A stretch of 28,834 nucleotides of DNA from Octopus sinensis (Eukaryota): NCBI RefSeq assembly GCF_006345805.1, contig NW_021827593.1, positions 1-28,834 of the forward strand, written 5' to 3'. The notes below the pieces were generated by a model. The model had not been told where the DNA came from and did not search any database. It was given only the letters and a program-made list of their open reading frames with translations. The number at the start of each line of letters is the position of its first letter. Position 1 is the first letter of the stretch. A program made the translations under genes and the position numbers. Of the stretch, positions 10,280 through 22,162 are shown one piece after another.

Positions 10280-10700
10280 AGGATCTTTTCAGTTTGACCG
10301 GCAGTTTTTTCTAGCGGTATCATGAAATTGTCACCCATAATTATGACCCTAGTATCGATCTATTGCATTTCAATCTGTTTTAGGGTTAGAGTTAGGGTTA
10401 GGGGGAAGGGTATCTTTTTTTCTTTACAAATGTAAATAAACCCAATCTGTTTCTTAAACGAGGGGCATATTCATACGGCACAGAAGGTTTTTTTTACCTC
10501 AATAGACGTCAGTGATTGGTTGAAATTGCAGAAATTGAAGAAAAAAAAACAACAAATATCTTACAAACAATAGAATTTTCTCAATAAAGCCAACAGAAAA
10601 AGATGTTTTATAAACACATTCTACCAGAATACGAAGTTTAAAAGTGTTTAGTTACGTGGAAATTATTTTAAAAAACTGCCGTTCAAACCGAAAAGATCCC
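10280..10700. mobile_element. MITE with ~31-bp TIRs, 6-bp TSD and internal TTAGGG repeats
   Basis: AGGATCTTTTCAGTTTGACCGGCAGTTTTTT versus AAAAAACTGCCGTTCAAACCGAAAAGATCCC (3 mismatches); TATATT at 10274-10279 and 10701-10706. Confidence 0.9.
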
Positions 10701-10706
10701 TATATT

Positions 10707-11277
10707 ATTAACTTCAGTGTAGTTATGTTAATAGAGATTATGATTTTGAAGTTCTTGGTTATTTGTGTCCACCACTTTGTCGAGGAAGCCTGTATTATGC
10801 ATTCCTTTCTTCATACCGGAGTACATCTGTTTATGCTCGGTGTTTTATATTTTCTGCGGGATCATTATTAAACTTGGCACGCCGTAGAATCAGAAATGGA
10901 TAATTCTCAGTTCTTTTATTTTCAATAATACACTAATAAAATCCCCAAGATTCTAAGCTATTTGATATATGGAACATAGTGATCCAACTTTAAAGAGACG
11001 GGAAATGGTTCAGTCACCAAGATTTTGTGTTTCCTGTACAGCAGTCGACTGAGTGAAATAAATAAGTCAGCCATTATACAAGCGGACGACAAGAAGTTGT
11101 GAAAATGTTGGGATAGGCGTAGGAGTGGCTGTGTAGTAAGTAGCTTGCTTACGAACCACGTGGCTCCGGGTTCAGTCCGACTGCGTGGCATCTTGGGCAA
11201 GTGTCTTCTGCTATAGCCTCGGGCCGACCAAAGCCTTGTGAGTGGATTTGGTAGACGGAAACTGAAAGAAGCCTGTC

Positions 11278-11357
<80 letters not shown>

Positions 11358-11770
11358 TTGTATGTCTGTGTTACCCCTCTAGCATTGCTTGACAACCGAT
11401 GCTGGTTGTGTTTACGTCCCCGTCACTTAGTGGTTCGGCAAAAGAGACCGATAGAGTAAGTACTGGGCTTACAAAGATAAGTCCCGGGGTCGAGTTGCTC
11501 GACTAAAGGTTGTGCTCCAGCATGGCGCAATCAAATGACTGAAACAAGTAAAAGAGTAAAAAAAAAGAGAATCTTCTTGAATGTACAACTGCTATTGTTT
11601 CTACAGCTCTACTTCTCTAGTTAGCATTTGGTGGAAGGAGTGGCTTGATGCCACTGCTCGAAGCTACGTTCCTGCTGTGACATTAGTTCATCTGGTATCG
11701 CGGAAAGTCGAGCTTCCAGGAGTTTAATACCTTAGCTTTCATTTAATCTAATGCCTTGAGCGTAAAGTGT
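10707..11770 (-). pseudogene. Possible heavily decayed non-LTR reverse-transcriptase relic, interrupted by SINE A
   Basis: Scattered minus-strand motifs in the expected order: GIKLLEARLSA(Y)xDEL near 11690 (YADD-like, needs frameshifts), LRILGIL near 10945, LPRQSGG near 10780. Spacing is imperfect. Confidence 0.25.
11116..11568 (+). mobile_element. SINE family A, full length, expanded (TA)n(TG)n
   Basis: Homology to 1123-1528. Confidence 0.92.
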
Positions 11771-11835
11771 CCTCGCATAAAAGAAAAAAAAAACATTTCC
11801 ATACATAACAGTACCTCGCGTATAAAAACACCCTG

Positions 11836-12318
11836 CGTGGCTGTGTGGTAAGGAGCTTGCTTTCCAGCCACAGGGTTCCGGATTCAGTCCCACTGCGTGA
11901 CACTGCGTGGGCAAGTGTCTTCTACTATAGTCTCGGGCCGACCAAAGCCTTATGAGTAGATTTGGTAGACGGAAATATATATATATATATATATTTTTTT
12001 TTTCCCGACCAGTCCATCAGATGTAGTTACACATTGCTGGTCACAATGCGTTCGCATTGTTTTAGCCTTCGAATGACGCCACCCCGCTGGCTAAGCGAGC
12101 AGGCCAACAGAAGAAAGAGTGGGAGAAAGAGTGGTGAAAGAATACAACAGGGATCACCACACCCTGCCGGAGCTTTTAGGTGTTTTCGCTCAATAAACAC
12201 TCACAACGCCCGGTCTGGGAATCGAAACCACGATCCTACGACCGTGAGTACACTGCCCTAACCACTGGGCCATTGCGCCTCCACACAACACACACACACA
12301 CACGCATATATTTATATA

Positions 12319-12371
<53 letters not shown>

Positions 12372-12600
12372 GTGGTGTGTATGTTTGTATGTCTGTGTTT
12401 ACCCCTCTAGCATGCTTGACAACCGATGCTGGTGTTTACGTACGTCCCCGTCAACTTAGTGGTTCGGCAAAAGAGACCGATAGAGTAAGTACTGGGCTTA
12501 CAAAGAATAAGTCCCGGGGTCGAGTTGCTCGACTAAAGGTTGTGCTCCAGCATGGCCGCAATCAAATGACTGAAACAAGTAAAAGAGTAAAAAAAAGAGA
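11836..12600 (+). mobile_element. Chimeric SINE A split by a nested SINE C
   Basis: 5' half 11836-11976; 3' half about 12360-12600 carries the diagnostic bases of the 11116 copy. Confidence 0.85.
11995..12285 (-). mobile_element. SINE family C with alternative 3' tail
   Basis: Head and body match 9136-9325; tail ...GCATTGTGACCAGCAATGTGTAACTACATCTGATGGACTGGTCGGG-polyA differs. Confidence 0.9.
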
Positions 12601-12865
12601 TATCTTCTTGAATGTACAACTGCTATTGTTTCTACAGCTCTACTTCTCTAGTTAGCATTTGGTGAAGGAGTGGCTTTGATGCCACTGCTCGAAGCTACGT
12701 TTCCTGCTGTGACATTAGTTCATCTGGTATCGCGGAAAGTCGAGCTTCCAGGAGTTTAATACCTTAGCTTTCATTTAATCTAATGCCTTGAGCGTAAAGT
12801 TCCTCGCATAAAAGAAAAAAAAAACATTTCCATACATAAACGTACCTCGCGTATAAAAAACACCC

Positions 12866-13664
12866 TGCGTGGCTGTGTGGTAAGGAGCTTGCTTTCCAGC
12901 CACAGGGTTCCGATTCAGTCCCACTGCGTGACACTGCGTGGGCAAGTGTCTTCTACTATAGTCTCGGGCCGACCAAAGCCTTATGAGTAGATTTGGTAGA
13001 CGGAAATATATATTATATATATATTTTTTTTTTTTTCCCGACCATACCATCAGATTGTAGTACACATTGCTGGTCACAATGCGTCGCATTGTTTTAGCCT
13101 TCGAATGACGCCACCCCGCGCTGGCTAAGCGAGCAGGCCAACAGAAGAAAGAGTGGGAGAAAGAGTGGTGAAAGAATACAACAGGGATCACCACACCCTG
13201 CCGGAGCTTTTAGGTGTTTTCGCTCAATAAACACTCACACGCCGCCCGGTCTGGGAATCGAAACCACGATCCTACGACCGTGAGTACACTGCCCTAACAC
13301 TGGGCCATTGCGCCTCCACACACACACACATTTAATATATATATACATATATATATAAAATAAAAAAATATATATATATATATATAATATATATATAGAT
13401 ATATATATATAGTACTATATATATATATATATACACACACAGGTGTGTGTGTGTGTGCGCGCGTTTGTCGCCCCAACATCGCGCTTGACAACCGATGCTG
13501 GTGTGTTTACGTGCCCGTCACTTAGTGGTTCGGCAAAAGAGACCGATAGAATAAGTACTGGGCTTACAAATAATAAGTTCTGGGGTCGATTTCTTCGACT
13601 AAAGGTGGTGCTCCAGCATGGCCGCAGTCAAATGACTGAAACAAGTAAAAGAGAAAAAGAGTAA
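12866..13664 (+). mobile_element. SINE A split by a nested SINE C (second duplication unit plus original 3' half)
   Basis: 5' half 12866-13006; 3' half 13440-13664. Confidence 0.85.
13024..13320 (-). mobile_element. SINE family C with alternative tail (duplicate of 11995-12285)
   Basis: Near-identical apart from small indels. Confidence 0.9.
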
Positions 13665-13674
13665 CTTCGAAGTA

Positions 13675-13784
13675 TATGAAAGGCAAAGCCGACCACGGTG
13701 GAATTTGAACTGAATACAAAGATGGATGAAATGTCGCTAAGGATCTTTCAAGGTGTGCTAACGATTCTGCCAGCTCGCTGCCTT
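13675..13784 (-). mobile_element. Diverged SINE B head fragment
   Basis: GGAATTTGAACT...GCTAACGATTCTGCCAGCTCGCTGCCTT. Confidence 0.8.
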
Positions 13785-14247
13785 GCAGGAATAGTTTATC
13801 AAAATTCCAGTAATCTAGTACTGTCATAATTTCCTGAACTAATAATGTCTCAAAACTTCTCGAATATACCTCGTACAAAAATACCTGTATAGGCGCCCCT
13901 CACATACAAAAATACTACATTTATAATACCTCCACATACAAAGTACCCATATATAAAATCACAAAGTACCTTACATAAATATACCTTCCTCCACATATAG
14001 AAACGATCAGATATAAAACAATTGTTCTCTCGGTTTAAAATAATAATAATGATAATAATAATGATAAATAACAACAAATGCGGAACCAAAAATACCAAAT
14101 AAATAAAAAAATTAAATTAATAACAACAACAAAAAAAGCAGTTATTTATAGATATTTCTTGGAAGGCAAAGCTGCAATTTCTGCTCGATGGGAGGAATAA
14201 AGGACATTATAAAGAATAGGCTGCCTAGCGGATGGTGATTATGTGGC

Positions 14248-14252
14248 GTGTG

Positions 14253-14317
<65 letters not shown>

Positions 14318-14398
14318 TTTATAACTTATGCGTATACACGTATACATATGTGGAAAAAATATTTTTTATAACAGTATCAATATACATTATTTTTTACA

Positions 14399-14435
<37 letters not shown>

Positions 14436-14978
14436 CATACATACATATAATATATATATATATGCACACACCGCTATCAATCAAAGATATCAATTTATTT
14501 CTCAATATATCAATATATTGAGCACAAATATACATTATACCTGTGTGCGTATATTATATATATATATATATATATATGCACGCATATCTATATATGCTTA
14601 TATATGCTGATATATAGATATATACACGCATACATATATGTACATATACATATGTATATGTATACTAACACATACGTCTGCATATATACACGTGCTTCAC
14701 GTTCGTCTATACAAACACAAGCATATACATCAAAGTATACAAACACATATGCATGTTGCTGCACACATACACATCATAACACAAAGACATCGATTCATAG
14801 AGTTGCAGTGTATAAATAGATATACAAATATACATGCATACAGCTACCAACGTACACACACACATATACATACAAACGCATACGTATGGAGTCGTCCCAT
14901 TTATATACATTTTCTCCAAATATATACATCTATTAATCTAATTCTCTCTCCCACTCATCTCTCATATGCAAGCACACA

Positions 14979-15023
<45 letters not shown>

Positions 15024-15346
15024 CATATACACACATGTATAGACACGCGCATATATATATACACACATATACACACAGACACATATATACACACACACGT
15101 ACATATAGACACATACACATATATACGCACATACGTACACACTCACATACACGCAAATATAGACACACATGCACGTATATACACACATACATATACACAC
15201 ACATATATATACATACACATATATACATACATACACATATATACATATATACATGCACACACAATATATATACATACACATATATACACACACAAATACA
15301 TATATATATATAAATATACACACATATATATGTATATATACATACG

Positions 15347-15395
<49 letters not shown>

Positions 15396-15470
15396 CATGC
15401 ATATATACACACATATAGTACATATATGAACACATACATTCAGACATTGACAAACATGGCTGTACACAAA
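14248..15470. repeat. Compound (AT)/(AC)n microsatellite field
   Basis: Direct reading. Confidence 0.95.
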
Positions 15471-16119
15471 CATTTTTACACAGTTTCACAAAGGAGGTGG
15501 TGGTGTGGGGCGGGAGGATTCCGGCGCTAGCTTCAGAAGTAGGTTGGCTTCCTGGTTGGTCGGTTGGTTAGTCAGGGGTGGGTCCAAAACAATAGAAGCG
15601 CTGTCTAAAGACCATGTTTAGATGACAGTTCTTCTGTAAAATAGTAGGCAGCCAAACAAAATGGTGTCCGTAGATTACAATTTACGGTGACATCATTACC
15701 AAGATGGCGGAAAATAACAGGGTGAACGTAGACAAATCTTATCGATGAGATTCCGTTGGTTTTTCTCATGCAGACGCATCTATACACAAGCGATACATAT
15801 ATACACACACACACAAACAATCTTTCTCTCTCTCTCTGAGTCTGTCTGTCTGTCGGTCTCTCTCTCTCTCTCTATGTCGGTCCCTCTCTCTCTCTATATA
15901 TGTCGGTCTTTCTCTCTCTCTCTCTCTATATATATATGTATACACACACACACACATAGATTAAGAGAAAAGAGTGACAGAAGATGTATGTATATATAAA
16001 ATGCAGAAACAGAGAGAAAGGGTGAGAGATATACATACAGAGATACACAAACCCATATATATATACACACAGGCACACACACCAAAAAGATAGTACACGC
16101 ACAAACGTACAGATATAGA

Positions 16120-16271
16120 TGTGTGTAGCTTTGTAGTAAGAAGCTTGGTTCCTAATTACATGGTTGTTGGGCAAGTGTCTTGTACTACAGCTTCGGGACG
16201 ACCAATAACTTGTGAGTGGACTTGGTTGGCAGAAACTGAAAGAAGCCCGTAATACACACACACACACACAC

Positions 16272-16334
<63 letters not shown>

Positions 16335-16463
16335 GGGCGAAATTTTCGCTGGTGCGTTTATGTCCCCGTGACATAGCAGCTTGGCAAAAGAGAGTGATAG
16401 ACTAAATGAAGTCATACCCCAGCGTAGCCCCAGTCTAATAACTGATACAAGTTGAAGATAAAA

Positions 16464-16465
<2 letters not shown>
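16120..16465 (+). mobile_element. Degenerate SINE family A with internal (AC)n(AT)n
   Basis: TTGGGCAAGTGTCTT...GAAACTGAAAGAAGCCCGT and GTCCCCGTGACATAGC...GGCAAAAGAGA segments. Confidence 0.75.
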
Positions 16466-16494
<29 letters not shown>

Positions 16495-16683
16495 CGCCAT
16501 GATAGATCGTTAGCCACTACACATATTTTTCTTCTCTCCTTGTTTTTTTCTGAGTCACTTTCTGTAGAAGAGAATAGGCTCGAAACGTAAAAGACATTTT
16601 CTATTCCTGAGCGTTATACTAATACATCTGTTTGTTTTGTACACCACCTGTCTTCGTCTTTTGTTTTTTTCGAAAACTCTCCC
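16495..16683 (+). mobile_element. Penelope-like terminal fragment with variant hammerhead
   Basis: CTTT-CTGTAGA-A-GAG AATAGG CTC-GAAA-CG-TA-AAAG (16558-16593); flanked by (TA)n. Confidence 0.6.
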
Positions 16684-16991
16684 TATATATGTATTTATAT
16701 ATTTGTTCTACGTGTATATACATTTAGTGCGATACAGTGATATATATATATATATATTTGTTGAAATGGAAAGATGAATTATCTTGTTACGTATTATTCA
16801 AAAGTTTATTCGAGTTGCTTGCTGCGCCTTTGTTTTGTTTGGACATCGTAATTCCTGGATTTTCCTGAAGAGAAAGCTGCAATATGGTATCCTTATTCAA
16901 TCAGAATTTGGAAATTTGTGGCCTTTGAAACATGTGTAGAATGTAATAAAAGGAATTCTGTAGAATCTTCGTTCAGCTCCATTTCTTCCAT

Positions 16992-17031
<40 letters not shown>

Positions 17032-17511
17032 ACATTTACTTTGATATTATCTATCCTTGTAAAACTCATTGAATTTTATGTGAACATTTGAACGTTGAAA
17101 AATGCTTGTTCGATATCTACTTCGTAATTTTAAACTTTGTTAAAATCCCATTGTTTTATGTACATTTGTACCGTTGGTGTTTGTATTTTTCATTGTTTAG
17201 TGTATACCGTAGGGGACAAATTTCGTTTCGGAATGCGATCAGTGATGGCGTGTATAGTATAAGATGGCTATTTTAATTTAATAGTTTTTGCAGCTACGAA
17301 CACCAAGTTGTAAATTTTTACTCGAAATATATCTTTGTCTACTTAAATATTCGTTAATATCTCCTTTCTTAGTTTTGGTTTGATTACTGAAAATAATATA
17401 TTGAAAAAAGAAAAGAAAAACTTTTATATATACATACACACACACATATATACGCACACAAATACACATATATATGTATATATATACACATATACGCACA
17501 CACACACACAA

Positions 17512-17551
<40 letters not shown>

Positions 17552-17579
17552 TATACACATACCCACACAAACACGCACA

Positions 17580-18790
17580 AATTTAAGGTGGAGTACTTAC
17601 GCAGACTGAGACTGATCCCTAAGTCGAAATTTTAACGACGGAATAAGAACGAAGCTATCAACACCTGAGCGGTTTCACTCCTTAGATATGGAGCAGGAGT
17701 AATTGCATGGGTTACTCCACCCAAAAAGTGTTACAGTCTGTATGCACCAAGAAAAAGAGGGGGAAGAGGACTGATTGGATGCGAACACAGCATTAGAGCA
17801 GAAGAAAACAACATAGCATTGTATGTAAAAATGCCACAGAACCGCTAATATTAGAAGTAGGAAGGTCAGGCTTGTGTAAGATGAAAGATTGCAAAGATAA
17901 AGCACTGTACAAGCACTTGAGACTGAATGAAACTGAAAATAGGTGGGTAAAGAAAAGAACGCATGGACAATTTCATAGGGATGCTGAAGATAAGACAGAC
18001 AGAGAAAAAAGATGGCTGTGAATGACTAAAAGTGATTTAAAACCGGAAACGGAGTCTCTAATCTGTGCTGCTCAAGAGCAAGCACTAAGAACAAACTACA
18101 TAAAATACAGAATAGACAACACATCATAGAGTGACAAGTGCAGAATCTGTGGAAAAAACGGTGAAACCGTATGGCATATTACCAGCCAATGTACGTCACT
18201 AGCCCAGAATGAATATAAGAGACGCCACGACAATATAGCAAGGCTTGTCCATTGGATACTTTACAACAAATATGAACTTGACAGAGCAAAAAATTGGTAC
18301 GACTACAAACCTGAAGGCATTGTCGAAAATAGAAATGCAAAGATCCTATGGGATTTTATGATTCAGTGCGACCATGAGATAGAGAATAGGAAGCCGGACA
18401 GAGTCTTAATTGAGAAGGAAAACAAACTATGCTGGATCATAGATATAGAATGCTCAGCTGATAACAAGGTATACGATAAGGAAGAAAGAAAAGTCGAGAG
18501 ATATGACAGGTTAGCTTAGGAAGTTAAGTAGTTGTGGTCGATGAAAAAGGTAGCAGTAGTACCAATAATTGTCAATGCCCTGGGAACAGTGAGAAAAAAT
18601 ATCTCGAGAAGTACGTGGAACAAATAGGGGCTGCAATAAGAGTGTAGCACTTGAAAGAAACAGCACTGCTTGGAACCGCTTGAATACTTCGGAAGTTGCT
18701 CGAAAAATAAGAGGTGTTTCCTTAGTTCACTGGTAGTGAACAGCTCACACTGTAGTACATCTCCAGCTTTAGAAGCTGTACAAAAGCAAC
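17580..18790 (+). mobile_element. Decayed R4/Dong-type non-LTR retrotransposon, 3' ~1.2 kb (RT thumb, CCHC knuckle, RLE)
   Basis: Manual translation: EYLRRLRLI..SK...NK..AINT*AVSLLRYGAG, LYAPRKRGGRGL, AAQEQALRTN, CRICGKNGETVWHITSQC (from 18139), RHD (18223), KPD (18391)...IID...K..Y, TALLGTA*ILRKLLEK* (stop 18708-18710). Several stops and frameshifts; followed by (CAA)n(TAA)n. Missed by the ORF track. Confidence 0.93.
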
Positions 18791-18814
18791 CAACACAACA
18801 ACAACAACAACACC

Positions 18815-18852
<38 letters not shown>

Positions 18853-18854
<2 letters not shown>

Positions 18855-19068
18855 CCTTTCTATTATAGGCACAAGACCTGCCATTTTGCAGGAGGGGCTT
18901 AGTCGATTACATCGACCCCAGTGTTTCACTGCTACTCAGTTTATCAACCCCGAAAGGATGAAAGGCAAAGTCGACCTCAGCGAAATTTGAACTCAGAACG
19001 TAGCTACCAGCGAAATACCGCTAAGCATTTCGTCCTGCATCCTAAAAATTCTGCCAGCTCGCCGCCTT
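18853..19068 (-). mobile_element. SINE family B with (TTA)n-ending tail
   Basis: Head at 19068; tail ...GGTCTTGTGCCTATAATAGAAAGG(ATT)n; embedded in the AAT array behind the LINE. Confidence 0.88.
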
Positions 19069-19098
19069 AGTAGTAGTAGCAATAATAATAACAACAAC

Positions 19099-19130
<32 letters not shown>

Positions 19131-19235
19131 TAATCTCCCCACAGTTACTACTCACCAACATTTGTTGATAAACACGCGCGCCCCCTGTTCCCCAATTTTG
19201 CTCTTTCCAAACAGATTACGTGTGTGTGTGTGTAT

Positions 19236-19279
<44 letters not shown>

Positions 19280-19789
19280 CATACACACGTATGTGTGTGT
19301 AAGCTTGTGTGTAATTTTATTCTATTGTACTATTTTGAAAATTTATTAAATTATGCTTTATTTCTATTCCATATTTTGTTTTCTATTCTCATAACGGTTA
19401 AATACTTCGACTTAGCAAGAATCGAATTCTTTCATAGACTCGTACCGTAATAAACAGATATTTTCAAACATGCTTTAAGACAATTTGTATATAAATAGCG
19501 AGCGATGTTTCCGAATCTTCATAACCTGCGCACCCAAAAGGAAAATATATTAATAAGCATTATTTATGGAGAAACAGAAGGAAAAGCGATAAAAAAACAA
19601 AGTGAATCTATTTCTGCGTACATACTTATCCGCGCTAACATGCATGTATAAAAATATATGGACAGATATACGCATATGCATGTATATAGATATATGCATA
19701 TATGTACATATGCGTATAGAAGTGTACCCATATGCGCAGATATATAGCCACCCACACACATATACACTATCTCTCTTTATGTGTATTTG

Positions 19790-20360
19790 TATATACCTCT
19801 ATCAATATCTATCTACATATCTACCAGTCTCTATTAATCAGTATCTATATCTCTGTCAATATCTGTATCAGTCTGTCTCAATATCTCTTTGTCTGTTTGT
19901 GTCTGTATATCTCTATCAATATCTACCTATAACTATCTAGCTATATCTATCTCTATCTACCTACCTATATCTTCCTATCTAACTATATCTATCTTCCTAT
20001 CTAACTATATCTATCTTCCTATCTAACTATATCTATCTTCCTATCTAAATATATCTATTTATCTATCTATCTATCTATCCACCTATCTATCTGTATCTAT
20101 CCACCTATCTATCTATATCTATCCACCTATCTATATCTATTTATCTATCTATCTATCTATCCACCTATCTATCTATATCTATCCACCTATCTATCTATAT
20201 CTATCCACCTATCTATCTATCTACCTATATCTATCCATCTATCTATCTACCTATCCATATCTATCCATCTATCTATCCACCTATCCACCTATCCACCTAT
20301 CTATCTATCTATCTATCTTCCATCTGTCTATTTGTCTATCTATCTATAACTATCTACCTA
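19790..20360. repeat. (CTAT)n field with ~22-bp higher-order units
   Basis: ATCTTCCTATCTAACTATATCT about four times, then TCCACCTATCTATCTATATCTA units. Confidence 0.9.
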
Positions 20361-20801
20361 CATTGAATAACAAACCCAGCCTGACGAAGAAATTTATAAA
20401 GTATTTATGGATAAAAGAAAGAAATATTGAACACGATTTGAATGAATCTATAAATAGACCGAGAAAGTAGAAAACCGAATCTGAAAGCATCTGAAATATC
20501 CGTATGTTGAAGTTTAAATAGAAACAATGTTTGTGAAGACCCAAGGTTCAAATATCACAAACACATGCATGTGAGTGCGTATGTATGCGCATACACACAT
20601 ATGCACACATACATACGGATATATAGGCATGTATGCTTACATACGCACGCACACACATGCATACATGAGCACACATGCACACAAACGCGAGTACTTACAC
20701 TTGTACGCGCACAGAAACACATGCGTATATATACATGCACACACTATACATACCCACACGTGTACATGTACATGCGCGCGCGCACGCGCATATATATGTC
20801 T

Positions 20802-20940
20802 CGAGTTGTAGCTGTAATTCAAAGGGGCCAGCCTTGTCATATTCTATGTGAGGCTGAATCTCCCTGAGAACTACGTTAACGTTAACGTTATGCATGTTTG
20901 TGGAGTACTCAGTCATTTGTGAGTCAATTTTATCCTCGTG
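20802..20940 (+). mobile_element. Internal fragment of another SINE
   Basis: GGGCCAGCCTTGTCA...GCTGAATCTCCCTGAGAACTACGTTAA recognised from memory of octopus repeats; single copy here. Confidence 0.45.
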
Positions 20941-22162
20941 TGGTAATGAAAAGTGAAATTGACATCCAATATTTGCTATGCGTATGTATCTATGTACGAA
21001 CATTTCTTTGGAGTAATGTATCTACTGTCTCTTTCTTTCACTTCCATTGTGTCCCTCTTCTCTCCCGCTTTTGATTTAACAATGTGTGTATGTATCTATG
21101 TATCTACTTCTCTTGCAATGAACGCCGTCAGCACTCACTGTCTCCTTCACTCTCTCTCCTTTTCTCTTACACCCTCTCAGAAACATTTATAAATATCAAA
21201 CGAATGCCGTCACCACTCACTGTCTCTCTCACTCTCATTCTCTCTTACTTCCTCTGTCCCCCTCCCTCACTCGCTTTGCCACTTCTTTGAAGTGTTACCC
21301 TCACAACAGGTACGTACAAAAAATAAAAAGTTAGTGTATTAATATTATATATGTATGTGTGTGTTGTGTGTGTGTGTGTGAGAGTATCTTGTTTCAGTTG
21401 TACTCTGGAGAACAGAAACAGATACAGGACAATTTAGATATTTTCATTTTGATGCAGACAGTCAATTTAAGTCCTACTGCTGGAAGGAAGACCATATTAA
21501 TGACTCAATACAAAAATTACAAAAGACAATATAACTAAATATAAACAGTTTCTCTGTTGGTGAGTTAAATGAAAAAGGACTTCAATACATAAACTGAGAC
21601 CCATGTCTACACGAGAAAACAGGCAATATGCCAATGACAACTGAGGAAGGTATTTCGTAATCGATGCATTTCTGCTATATATTATGCAGACCTGAAACAC
21701 TCATATTAAATGATTTCAAAATATTCCTATTTGGCTTGACTTCATTATTACAACTTAGAATTTCATAGTTTTGTTCTCATGCAACAAAAATTTGTATCAA
21801 AAAGGTGTGAGGGAAGATATCATGAAAAAATATATAAGGCAAAAATTTGAATTTAAATTTAATTAACTTTTTATTTTAAAAATAAACTATATTTTAATTA
21901 CGCTTAAATGATATAGTTCAATTCGAGGAATTTCATCGTATCAATCTCATGCAATGAAGTTTTAGAAGAAAAATGTTATGAGTGTTTGTTTCTTAAATTT
22001 GAGGGGGATAATATAGTTCTATACTTTTTATGAATATAGTTCTATAAGGGGACTTTTAATATATGTCACCGGCGTCATTGAGGCAAGGAAAAAATTATCA
22101 ACGACACCGCTAATTTAGCACATTATTAATTAGCATAATAGCATAGCCTGGAAGAAACGTTG

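Larger units (their letters stand above)
11330..13440. repeat. Tandem duplication, two units of ~1.03 kb
   Basis: Unique spacer 11570-11835 recurs at 12601-12866; offset about 1030-1035 throughout; boundaries lie inside microsatellites. Confidence 0.92.

Noticed and set aside
20381-20480. CTGACGA as a hammerhead
   Set aside because: No compatible helix II or GAAAC-NUH arrangement downstream.
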